Of a DNA stretch of 64,000 nt, positions 9,083 to 17,876 are shown in pieces. The first letter of the stretch is position 1; each line of letters starts with the position of its first letter. The position numbers were made by a program, and so were the translations under genes. Under the pieces are notes generated by a model. It was not told the DNA's origin and ran no database searches. It worked only from the letters and a program-made list of their open reading frames with translations. The stretch comes from Elusimicrobiaceae bacterium (lineage in GTDB: Bacteria > Elusimicrobiota > Elusimicrobia > Elusimicrobiales > Elusimicrobiaceae): NCBI GenBank assembly GCA_017525025.1, contig JAFXUJ010000009.1, positions 51,948 through 115,947 of the forward strand, read 5' to 3'.

Positions 9083-9600
9083 AGGTTTATATTCTCCTGT
9101 TTGTTGCTTTCGGGTTGCAAATAAATAGTTGTTTTTTCGTTTTCGTATTGATAGTATTTTTGTAAATCTTCCAAATCAGTTTGGGTATTAACCACCAGTT
9201 TGATTACATCCGCCTTTTTTAGCATTTCTTGAGCTACATATTTTTTAGGGGAAACACATACAAAATCCGCGCGGCTGACATCGCAGTTGTGTGCCCCGTT
9301 CGTTTCAATGTGTACGGTATGCCCGGCCGATTTTAATAAAGCGATAAGCGTAGGTAAGTCTTGCTCGGCAGGTTCTCCGCCCGTTATCACGACCGTCTTA
9401 CACGGATAGTGCGACAGTTCCACCAGCACTTCCAAATTATTCATTTCTTTCCCGGCGGTTAGAGCGTATTTGGTGTCACACCATTCGCATCCCATGGTGC
9501 ACCCGGCCAGGCGTAAAAATACCGCGGGCATACCGCTGTGGCGGCCTTCGCCTTGAATGGAATAAAAGATTTCGCTAACCTTCCACAACGGCGGCTGCAT
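9007..9600 (-). CDS. queE: 7-carboxy-7-deazaguanine synthase (radical SAM)
   Basis: EIFYSIQGEG, FLRLAGC, CxxxCxxCDT, ITGGEP, IETNG, RLSVQLHK. Confidence 0.93.
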   Translation of the reverse strand: MQPPLWKVSEIFYSIQGEGRHSGMPAVFLRLAGCTMGCEWCDTKYALTAGKEMNNLEVLVELSHYPCKTVVITGGEPAEQDLPTLIALLKSAGHTVHIETNGAHNCDVSRADFVCVSPKKYVAQEMLKKADVIKLVVNTQTDLEDLQKYYQYENEKTTIYLQPESNKQENINLCVKLVKEHPSLRLSVQLHKLINIK

Positions 9601-9919
9601 TATCGCTCTCCCAAATTTCCACGGTTTTTAGAGCCAGCCCATGCGAGGTCAAGACCATGCTTGTTTTATCAAAAAGATATTGGGCCAGATTTTCAGCCGT
9701 TGGATTAGGCACTAAATCGTTTAAAAATTGATGATCGGGCAGTTGCTCATCCAATAATTTTTTAACAAATTTAAAATCGCAAACCATTCCGTCTTCTTTA
9801 ACGGGGCCTTCCAACACAAAAACGGCTTTCCATGTGTGCCCGTGCAAATCGTGACAGGGGCCTTGGTAATTAGGCAGACGGTGGGCCGCACTAAACGAGC
9901 GGATGAGTTTTATACGCAT
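9575..9919 (-). CDS. queD: 6-carboxy-5,6,7,8-tetrahydropterin synthase
   Basis: FSAAHRL...CHDLHGH (C-x3-HGH), DH..LND...NPTAENLA, WES; adjacent to queE. Confidence 0.92.
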   Translation of the reverse strand: MRIKLIRSFSAAHRLPNYQGPCHDLHGHTWKAVFVLEGPVKEDGMVCDFKFVKKLLDEQLPDHQFLNDLVPNPTAENLAQYLFDKTSMVLTSHGLALKTVEIWESDNAAAVVEG

Positions 9920-10659
9920 GCATTTTTCTCCGGGAGTAAATTAAAAATTTGCTGTATATAAATAATACATAAAATAAATTGAGCCAATGTAAAGAGGGGA
10001 ATGGGGTGCCACAGTTTTATGTACCACAACATGCTTAGCGGGCCTAAAAGAAAGAGCGCCCAACGTAGCAAAATCGGGTAAGGTACGTGACGATTGGTCA
10101 TAAAGTTAAACGAAATCCCTACTACCGCTGCGGTGCAGAAACTAAAAAATAGTGTCATGGGTATCAAAAAGAGGGAAGCTGCCAACGCCGTCAGGCCCAG
10201 GCCACCCGCGATAAGCTCCCGGTGAGCATTCAAAAAATCTTGCGTGGTGGTAACGGATAGAGTAGGGGGCAGTGTGCGGCTTTGTACTCCGGTAGAACCG
10301 GGCATATAAACAGTATTTCCGGCAACGAGGGCCAGAATATGTTTTTCTACTAACTCTTGATTAGAAGGAGGCGTTTTGCGCGGGGCGTCAAATGCAATTT
10401 TAAAGGGGGAATCCGGCAATCCTGCAAATACTGCTTGTTGCGGAGCTTGTAAAACGCCTTTTTCAAAAGTAACTTGGGGGAAGTTTTTTAAAAATAAAGG
10501 TAAATTGCGGCGGATATAACTGCTGGAAAAAGCATAAAATACCAGCAAAGACAAAATACACAAATATACAACAAACCCTATACACTGTAACCGGGTGGCC
10601 AGTGCCAAACGGTGGTAAGCGCGAAAGGAAAAAATAGTTTGTAAATGGGCTCCAATCAT
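9910..10659 (-). CDS. Membrane protein, DUF1189-like
   Basis: N-terminal TM, soluble loop (P..TFEKG.L), three C-terminal hydrophobic helices; family assignment from recall only. Confidence 0.5.
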   Translation of the reverse strand: MIGAHLQTIFSFRAYHRLALATRLQCIGFVVYLCILSLLVFYAFSSSYIRRNLPLFLKNFPQVTFEKGVLQAPQQAVFAGLPDSPFKIAFDAPRKTPPSNQELVEKHILALVAGNTVYMPGSTGVQSRTLPPTLSVTTTQDFLNAHRELIAGGLGLTALAASLFLIPMTLFFSFCTAAVVGISFNFMTNRHVPYPILLRWALFLLGPLSMLWYIKLWHPIPLFTLAQFILCIIYIQQIFNLLPEKNACV

Positions 10660-10691
10660 ATATGTATTATAGCAATTTGCCCGCTTGGATT

Positions 10692-11252
10692 CTATTTGGC
10701 AGAGGCGGTTTTTTTATCTTGGCAAGATACTTGGGCACCTAAAAAGAAAGTCTGGTTCTTTTTAAATACGCAAGAGAGTTTTTGGGCCTGCGGGGTGCCG
10801 TCCGGCAAAGCGGGGAGCGGGCGTAAACAGGCAATACGGGTGCAAGAATAGGTTTCTCCGCATTGCGGAAACGAAGAGGACGGAAAGTTGCTGATAAACC
10901 AAGAAAAATCTAAGTTGTATTTAAGGGAAGATAAGAAGTTTTCACACGTTAACTCCTCAAACGGGCATAAAGGTTCGGCGGAAGACGCTTCTACGCTGAT
11001 GGTTTGATCCAGTTGGGTATAGCGTTCGTTAGGGATGGGATCACCCTGAACGCGATAAACGTCAAAACAGGTATATCCGGACGGAGTGGCGGCGGAACAA
11101 GAAAACGGTTGGAAAATATCTTGCCCCGGGCACGTATCTTCTACCTTGGACGCATCGGTAGACAAGTACTGCGCTTGTTGCCGTAAGGTAACGGGTTTGT
11201 AAGCGGCGGCTAAACAAGCGGCGGATAATAATATTAAAAAAAATCGTTTCAT
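10692..11252 (-). CDS. Hypothetical exported Cys-rich protein
   Basis: Signal peptide MKRFFLILLSAACLA; 10 Cys in the mature part. Confidence 0.65.
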   Translation of the reverse strand: MKRFFLILLSAACLAAAYKPVTLRQQAQYLSTDASKVEDTCPGQDIFQPFSCSAATPSGYTCFDVYRVQGDPIPNERYTQLDQTISVEASSAEPLCPFEELTCENFLSSLKYNLDFSWFISNFPSSSFPQCGETYSCTRIACLRPLPALPDGTPQAQKLSCVFKKNQTFFLGAQVSCQDKKTASAK

Positions 11253-11353
11253 ATGTTAGATGAATTATATGCTAGCAAATTTTAAAAAAAGAAGTCTCAA
11301 ACAATCGGATTAGAGCGGAATCGTTTGATTACGCGCGCGTTCCTTTGAGTGTC

Positions 11354-11382
11354 TTGCAACAAACGGTGTAATTTATTAAGAT
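11354..11382 (+). promoter_or_regulatory. Probable sigma70 promoter of the PAS gene
   Basis: TTGCAA - 17 bp - TAAGAT, 38 bp upstream of ATG 11421. Confidence 0.55.
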
Positions 11383-11420
11383 ATACGTAGCCAAACCAAT
11401 TCCTGCGCGCAGAGGATTTT

Positions 11421-14400
11421 ATGTTTAAAAATTTATTTTCGTTTTCTTCCAAAGAGCCGGAAAAATCGACGGGTTTAAAAACGCTTACACCGGAAATGTT
11501 CACCTTGCTTACGCATTTGCCGACGGCTGCGTTATTGGTAGATGAATCGGGGAAAATCACTTTCGCTAACGAGGCGGCGGCCTTGTTGTTGCAACGCAAA
11601 GTAGACAAATTGGTGGGGCTTAATATAAGCAAGGTGGGTATCTCTGCGGCCCGATTGCAAGAATTGCAAGCGGGAGAAACTCATGCTAAACAAGTCATAG
11701 AGATTGTAGACTTACAGGTAAACTCAAAGCCTGTAAACGTAGGAGCCCAACGATTGGGGGAGACTCCTTTTACGGTGATTACGTTGGAAGAAAGCCCTCA
11801 GATGCACCGGCTGGAAGAAGAAAAATCGTTTTTTGAATCTATTTTAAATGCTTACACTGCTGCCATCACGGTGCAAGATTTGGCAGGTAACTACGTCTTC
11901 GGTAACAAGCGGGCTCAACAGTTTTTTGGTTTTACGGTAGAACCGGGAGAAGGCGTTTCCATTTATCAATTACTTCCCAAGGCATTATCCGCTTCGCTGA
12001 ATCGTTTGGACGATGAAGTCCGCTCCGGTAAGGCGCAAGGAGATGCCGTCCGGTTGGAATATCAATCGGCCGACGGTGCGGCGCATATGCTATCTGTCTC
12101 TAAAACGATTTTGATAGGGGAGGACCGCAGTCCGCGTTTTATTCTTACCGTTTACGAAGAAACTACCCAACGTTACGAATGGGAACAGGATTTGCAACGC
12201 AGCAAAAAATTGTTAGAAGCTATTTTGAATAACATTCCCTTGGGCGTTTACACGCGCGATTGCGACGCCAAGGTTACGTTTATTAACCAACAAGGCTTGC
12301 AAATCTTAGGTGAAAAACCGAGTACGCTTGAACAAAAACATGAACGTCAAACCCAAGAAGAATCAGATTCGTATATCCAACGGGAACAGCAGATTTTAAA
12401 AGACGGTAAAACGTATGATTGCCCGCAAGAGGAATATGTGGACTCTTCCGGCAAAAAGCGTATTTTGCATACGATTAAAGTGCCCTTAATGGAAGCCGGA
12501 CCTAAGCCTTTGGTGCTGACTATTATTGAGGATGTTACCAAACGCTTGCAACAAGAAAAAGAAATTAACCGGGTGAATAGCTTTTTGTCTGCCATCGTGC
12601 AACATGCACCTATTGCGTTGTATGCCCGGGCGGAATCGGGGCGGATGCTCCTGCGTAATGCTAAATGTAATATGTTGTTCGGCGAGGCTAAAGATGAAGA
12701 TTTTGACGAACGCAGCGGTTTGCCGCATGAAACCGAAGAACAGGTTACCCAATATCTAAACCGGGAACATGACATCCTGGTTAAAGGGGAAACCCTGGAT
12801 ATCCCGGAAGAAGAATACACAACACCCGCCGGCGAAACTAAACTGCTTCACATGGTAAAGGCTCCCGTATTAGGGGATACGCCGGATACCCGATGCGTCA
12901 TTACGTTGGTGGAAGATATTACCGCTAAAAAGGCGCAAGAACGGGCTCTTGTTGAATCTAAAAACTTTTTACAGACGGTCATTGACCAGCTGCCGGTTTC
13001 TCTTTCCGTTAAAGATTATGACGGCAAGTATATCTTGTGGAATAAAAAGAGTGAAGAATTATTCGGGGCGGCTGCGCAAGACGTAATAGGAAAGACCGAT
13101 TATCGCTCTGACTTAAATAGAGAGCAAACAGAATTTGTGCGAGAAACCGATTTGCGTGTTTTTGAAAGCCGCCGAGAACAAAATATCCCGCAAGAACTTA
13201 TTTCTTCCGCGAGTGAAGGCATTAAGATCATGCATACGGTCAAAACCCCGGTGTTTAACCCAGATGGCACCCCGCATTGTTTGCTGGTAGTATCCGAAGA
13301 TATTACCGCCAAAACCAAAATGGAAAAACAGATTTTGGAAGCCCGAGACAAAAACACCTTGTTGGTTGAAAATGCCCGGGAAGGGGTGGTCATCTTAGAG
13401 GATGACAAAATCATTTATGCCAACCATGCTTTCTGCGCGTTATTAGGTTTTGAAACATTGGAAGATGTGTTGGGGAAGAAATTGCTGGATCTCTCAACGG
13501 AAAATCACCTCCTGTTCCTCAAAGAAAAGTACGACGCCGTTTTGGCCGGAACCGATCACCCCGAAGAATCTATTGAGGCCCATTTTGTTAAAGCAGACGG
13601 TTCCACCGTGGAGACGCGTTTCTCTGCCGTGCTGGCCAAATACTTGGGCCGGCGTATTGTGCTTGGGTTCGTCAGCGACGCGACAGCCGACAACCGTACC
13701 TTGCGCGAATTAAAAAATGAACGGGACCATTTCCGCCAAGCGTTTGAGAAGAGCACTGTTCCGGCTTTTATCCTTTCTTCCAAAGGATATATTACCGTGA
13801 TGAACGAGGCTTGCCGTCAATTGTTAGGGTTCACGGAGGGAGATAGAAACTTTTACCGTAATGTTTACATCCGGCCCAGTATCCCCTTGTCGGTACGTCG
13901 TTTGATGCGCGAAGGACAACCGGCGAAAATGGATTATGTGTTGGATTTTGATAAAGCGGCTGCCAAGTTCCCTCAATGGATGCATACGTCCGGAAAGTTG
14001 GAATTAGCGGTTTCTTTGGCACCGGTTTCCAAACGGGATACAAAAGAAGGATTGGTGGAGGCCGATTATTTGGTTTCTTTGCAACCCAAACCCCAATCGG
14101 TTAAGCCGCAACCGCCGGATATGGAAGGTGCTTCTTCCCCAACGTCAAAAGGAGATGGCCCTATGGCGTCTTTGCCACCGTTGCCTCCGTTCTTATCACC
14201 TAATTACCGTCAACAACGCACGGGCCAACCGATGTGGCTTTTGCCTAATAGCGAACCGTATGCGGTGTGCGATGAGAATTTTAACATTGTGGAGTGTAAC
14301 GAATTATTATGCACGCTGTGCGAATTGAAGGCGGACGAATTGAAAGGGCAGGATATCCGCCGGATTTTCCACCAAGACGATCAGCCGCTGGTAGCGCAAG

Positions 14401-16181
14401 ATTTTGAGCTGCTCAAGCGGGAGGGGAAACTCTCTAACCGGGAATATACCATCAATTTGGGTAGCAGTTTAGAGACGTGCCAGATCCGTTTAACGGCTGT
14501 CAAAGAAGAAAGTGGGGATTTCCTGTTTGTGTTGCATAGTTTGGCTTTCCACTTGCAGATCATGAAGATTTTGGAAGAACGTTCCGCACAACTCAGCGCG
14601 TTGCGTTATGCCATTGACGGAGCTGTTTTACAGATAGAGTTAGATAATTATAAATTAAGCCATTTTACACAGTTGAACAACTGGCTTTCTGCCAAAACGG
14701 GTTATGCTCATGAAGAACTGGCTCAAATGGTATTTAGTGAGTTGTTTTTACAGCCGTCCCAGGAAGATGTATCTGCGGAGAGATTGCTTGCGCAAGCTGA
14801 AACGCAAGTGTTGCAACAGGGAAAGGCTACCTTCCGTTTACCGTTACGTAAAAAGGATGGGTCTTCCTTAGATGCCCAAGTGATTTTGGCTTCGTTAGAT
14901 ATTCCCAAGAAACAAGGTTTGTTGGCGATTGTGTGTGATTTAACCGCCCAACAGGATGATTGGTCTAAGGACTCCAAGGAAGCACAAGAACTGGCCGGTT
15001 TGCGTCAAACCTTACCGGGATTGTATTTAAAGATGGATAGTAAAGGCAAAGTATTAGAGGTATTTTCCAACTTGCCTTATCTGGAAAATGCCCCGGCTCA
15101 AAAGTTGTTCTTGGGTAAGACGCCGGAGGCTTTTTGGCCGGAAGATGCCACCGCTTCCGCTCTGGCTACCATCCGGGAAGCGCTGGCGGTACGGGTCAGT
15201 TCCCGCTTTGAATTTGAATGGAAATATCAGGATGAGCCCCGCTATTATGAAGCGGCTGTATTCCCGCTTAAAAAACGTCGGGAAGTAGTCTTGTGGGTAA
15301 AAGATTCTTCCGAACGGCGTGTATACGATAGCCAGGTGCATGAGTTGTACCGTCTATCCCAAGAGGTTAAGTTAGATTTGACGCAAACGGTAGAGAAGTT
15401 GTTGGCCTTGGGAAAACGGATTTTCCAAGCGGATATTGGGTTTGTGTTGCGTTTTGAACGGAACCAGGAACAAGTAGACAGTTCTGTGCTATACACGACG
15501 CCCAACTATTTCCGTTTGGAACGGCACATGGAATATCCTGTAGAGGAATGCTTGCGGGATGTTGTTTATGGCAGTATGGTGTTAACGGCCGATCTGTCTG
15601 CGCAATCGTGTACACAGTGTATCCATAAAGTTAAAAAATTCGGTTCTATGATAGCAGCTCCGCTCTTTATAGAAGGCAGAGTGCAAGGGGCCTTATGTTT
15701 TGCTTCCGGCGCTACGCGTCGGGGTTTTCCACCCGGTACGGAGGAAATTTTGGGCCTGATGGCGCGGATATTGGGGCTTCGTATTGAACTGCGCGAAACG
15801 GATAAATTATTAGGGGATACGACGCGCTTATTTACCCGTACCTTGGAGCATGTACGCTTGCCGTCGGTTGTTATTGACCCGGATTTCCAAATTACAGCCG
15901 TTAACGAAGCTTTCCTGCAACTTACGGATCAGCGCAAAGGAAATGTATTGGGGAAAGACTTATTTGCGGAATTTGTGCGTCGCAGTGAAATCTCTAAGCA
16001 AGAGTTTCAACATGCGATGAGCCGTTCGTTCTCGGACATCTCTTTCCGGGTAAAATTGGATGTGTTCCAGACCAGTGGCGTTTGCCAACGGATTATTTGG
16101 GAAGTGTTCATTTGTAAGAACGCCGAAGGAAAAGTGGAAGGCTATGCCCTGATGGGCCAAACCGAACATTCGGCAATTTAG
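11421..16181 (+). CDS. Multi-PAS/PAC plus GAF domain protein with no recognisable output domain
   Basis: About 11 PAS N-terminal signatures (e.g. ILNNIPLGVYTRD...FIN, VIDQLPVSLSVKDYDGKYILWN, LVENAREGVVILEDDKIIYAN), one GAF-like segment near the C-terminus (LGKRIFQADIGFV...APLFIEGRVQGALCF), ends in a PAS; no TM, H-box, GGDEF or EAL seen. Confidence 0.85.
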   Translation: MFKNLFSFSSKEPEKSTGLKTLTPEMFTLLTHLPTAALLVDESGKITFANEAAALLLQRKVDKLVGLNISKVGISAARLQELQAGETHAKQVIEIVDLQVNSKPVNVGAQRLGETPFTVITLEESPQMHRLEEEKSFFESILNAYTAAITVQDLAGNYVFGNKRAQQFFGFTVEPGEGVSIYQLLPKALSASLNRLDDEVRSGKAQGDAVRLEYQSADGAAHMLSVSKTILIGEDRSPRFILTVYEETTQRYEWEQDLQRSKKLLEAILNNIPLGVYTRDCDAKVTFINQQGLQILGEKPSTLEQKHERQTQEESDSYIQREQQILKDGKTYDCPQEEYVDSSGKKRILHTIKVPLMEAGPKPLVLTIIEDVTKRLQQEKEINRVNSFLSAIVQHAPIALYARAESGRMLLRNAKCNMLFGEAKDEDFDERSGLPHETEEQVTQYLNREHDILVKGETLDIPEEEYTTPAGETKLLHMVKAPVLGDTPDTRCVITLVEDITAKKAQERALVESKNFLQTVIDQLPVSLSVKDYDGKYILWNKKSEELFGAAAQDVIGKTDYRSDLNREQTEFVRETDLRVFESRREQNIPQELISSASEGIKIMHTVKTPVFNPDGTPHCLLVVSEDITAKTKMEKQILEARDKNTLLVENAREGVVILEDDKIIYANHAFCALLGFETLEDVLGKKLLDLSTENHLLFLKEKYDAVLAGTDHPEESIEAHFVKADGSTVETRFSAVLAKYLGRRIVLGFVSDATADNRTLRELKNERDHFRQAFEKSTVPAFILSSKGYITVMNEACRQLLGFTEGDRNFYRNVYIRPSIPLSVRRLMREGQPAKMDYVLDFDKAAAKFPQWMHTSGKLELAVSLAPVSKRDTKEGLVEADYLVSLQPKPQSVKPQPPDMEGASSPTSKGDGPMASLPPLPPFLSPNYRQQRTGQPMWLLPNSEPYAVCDENFNIVECNELLCTLCELKADELKGQDIRRIFHQDDQPLVAQDFELLKREGKLSNREYTINLGSSLETCQIRLTAVKEESGDFLFVLHSLAFHLQIMKILEERSAQLSALRYAIDGAVLQIELDNYKLSHFTQLNNWLSAKTGYAHEELAQMVFSELFLQPSQEDVSAERLLAQAETQVLQQGKATFRLPLRKKDGSSLDAQVILASLDIPKKQGLLAIVCDLTAQQDDWSKDSKEAQELAGLRQTLPGLYLKMDSKGKVLEVFSNLPYLENAPAQKLFLGKTPEAFWPEDATASALATIREALAVRVSSRFEFEWKYQDEPRYYEAAVFPLKKRREVVLWVKDSSERRVYDSQVHELYRLSQEVKLDLTQTVEKLLALGKRIFQADIGFVLRFERNQEQVDSSVLYTTPNYFRLERHMEYPVEECLRDVVYGSMVLTADLSAQSCTQCIHKVKKFGSMIAAPLFIEGRVQGALCFASGATRRGFPPGTEEILGLMARILGLRIELRETDKLLGDTTRLFTRTLEHVRLPSVVIDPDFQITAVNEAFLQLTDQRKGNVLGKDLFAEFVRRSEISKQEFQHAMSRSFSDISFRVKLDVFQTSGVCQRIIWEVFICKNAEGKVEGYALMGQTEHSAI

Positions 16182-16253
16182 CTATTGAAAATTACAGAAA
16201 CTTATGTTAAGCTAATAGGTAAGGACTTTCGTGTGTATAATTACGGAGGAAAT

Positions 16254-16952
16254 ATGATGCGAAAAATTTTGCTTTTAGCCTTGGTATCGGCTACATTGCC
16301 CCTTTACGGGTTAGAAGAAATGCAGTTTATTACTCACTTGGGAATGGACACGACAACCACGGCCCCTGGTGGAGCGTTCGGGATACTCGAGCAAGTGGAT
16401 CCTCTTGATGTACAGGGGAACGTTTCTCAGCTGCAGGTTTGCCATTTGTCATTCGGAGAACTGCAGAATTCTTCCTTTTTCCGAGATCAAAAAGGAACGA
16501 TTACTGTGCAGGGGGCAGAATCACCTCTTATAAGCACACTTAATTTGAGCGATTGGACGGTTTTATGGAGTCAGGATGAGGGGGAGTATAAGGTGGGAAA
16601 TATTCAATTGTATAGAGGCGGTATTTTGGAAGGCAAAGCTTTATATGCTACAAAGATCTCTTTCCCGCGGTATCAAACTGATGAGAACATATATAATGTT
16701 TTGCCTAAAACGAAGGTGCACTTGATGGGTAGCAAAGTTCAGGTGGATGATACATTAACCATCAATGTTGGACCTGCCGGGGGTAGTGGTACATATGCTC
16801 TGCAGGTAAGTGGTGTCATGGCAAACGGTTTGCGTTACGGGACCGGCCCGGAGGATGAACGATCTTATTTTGACTCCCCAGCTTCTTCTGGACAGGCACA
16901 TTGGAGATCTAATAACACTACTAACGCGACAAGGTGGTACTTGGTGAAGTAG
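16254..16952 (+). CDS. Hypothetical exported protein
   Basis: SD GGAGG before ATG 16254; signal peptide MMRKILLLALVSATLPLYG; beta-rich composition. Confidence 0.65.
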   Translation: MMRKILLLALVSATLPLYGLEEMQFITHLGMDTTTTAPGGAFGILEQVDPLDVQGNVSQLQVCHLSFGELQNSSFFRDQKGTITVQGAESPLISTLNLSDWTVLWSQDEGEYKVGNIQLYRGGILEGKALYATKISFPRYQTDENIYNVLPKTKVHLMGSKVQVDDTLTINVGPAGGSGTYALQVSGVMANGLRYGTGPEDERSYFDSPASSGQAHWRSNNTTNATRWYLVK

Positions 16953-16968
16953 CTGTAGAATTTCTGTG

Positions 16969-17001
16969 AAAAAAGGCGGGAAAATAAAAAATCCCGCCTT
17001 T
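16969..17001 (+). terminator. Intrinsic terminator
   Basis: AAAGGCGGGA / TCCCGCCTTT hairpin just after the 16952 stop. Confidence 0.75.
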
Positions 17002-17061
17002 GTTATGCCTAAAATCGCGAAAAGCGTATCTTTTTATTCTAAAATCTATTACAATATACGT

Positions 17062-17733
17062 ATGAATAATTTTCCAAATCCGTGGGATCCGTATAAGCAA
17101 GGCCCCTGGTACTTTAAATGGGGAACCTGGAGTTTGCTTTTTGTATTGGGCATGTGGGCGTTTTTGTGTGCCCATTGGAACAGTGAAGGCGTGGAATTGG
17201 TATACGGATACCGTAATATGCTGCTCTATACTCCTAATTACTTAATTCATGAAATGTTAGGGCATAATACAATAGGGCGGTTGGGCTTTATGTTGTGCTA
17301 TAATTCGTGTCCGGGGCTAGGACACTGGTGGATTGCTGCCATGGGTAACGGCGTAGAAACGGCCGTTCCGTTGGGGCTGTTAATTATATCTTTACGTATG
17401 AGCGGGGGCCGTTATTTGCTTCCGATCCTATGGCTTTGGTTGGGGGATACTTTATATGAAGCGGGCATTTATTGTTCGGATGCCCGGGCTATGAAGTTGC
17501 CCCTGACGTCTTCGGATATGATATCCAGTTTTAAACCGGGGGAAGTCTTAGGAGATTGGCACCATATTTTGGAGCCGCTTGGACTGCTGAATTATGATAT
17601 TATTATCGGGCGTATGCTTGTTTTTATAGGTCTTCTTTGCTTGGTGATTGCGCTATATAGTGTATACTATTATTGGACGCACATGGACGATTATTTATAC
17701 GGGAATCGCTATAATCAATATACGGAACATTAA
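17062..17733 (+). CDS. Polytopic membrane protein, M50-like putative Zn metallopeptidase
   Basis: IHEMLGH in TM context, later Y..DARA..LPL and DW..IL...GLL..D pattern of an uncharacterised M50-like family (recall). Confidence 0.55.
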   Translation: MNNFPNPWDPYKQGPWYFKWGTWSLLFVLGMWAFLCAHWNSEGVELVYGYRNMLLYTPNYLIHEMLGHNTIGRLGFMLCYNSCPGLGHWWIAAMGNGVETAVPLGLLIISLRMSGGRYLLPILWLWLGDTLYEAGIYCSDARAMKLPLTSSDMISSFKPGEVLGDWHHILEPLGLLNYDIIIGRMLVFIGLLCLVIALYSVYYYWTHMDDYLYGNRYNQYTEH

Positions 17734-17752
17734 AGACAACCAAAAAATATTA

Positions 17753-17786
17753 AAATCCCCGTTTCTATACAAGGAAACGGGGATTT
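17753..17786 (+). terminator. Intrinsic terminator hairpin
   Basis: AAATCCCCGTTTC / GAAACGGGGATTT perfect 13-bp stem. Confidence 0.8.
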
Positions 17787-17828
17787 GTTATGTTTTATTT
17801 CTTGTTTTTAATGGCTTTTGGAACATTA

Positions 17829-17861
17829 AAAACCCCCGGTACAAAAAGTGCCGGGGGTTTT
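17829..17861 (-). terminator. Intrinsic terminator after PFOR
   Basis: AAAACCCCCGGTAC / GTGCCGGGGGTTTT stem 15 bp past the PFOR stop. Confidence 0.8.
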
Positions 17862-17876
17862 CTTTAGTAAGTAAAC

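Noticed and set aside
8462-9919. folE-queE-queD as a 7-deazaguanine DNA modification (dpd) cluster
   Set aside because: No dpdA/tgt-like, queC or other defence genes nearby; linkage to folP/folK fits ordinary queuosine/folate synthesis
9920-11420. preQ1 riboswitch upstream of the que genes
   Set aside because: No intergenic space before queD and no recognisable preQ1 stem plus A-rich tail further upstream
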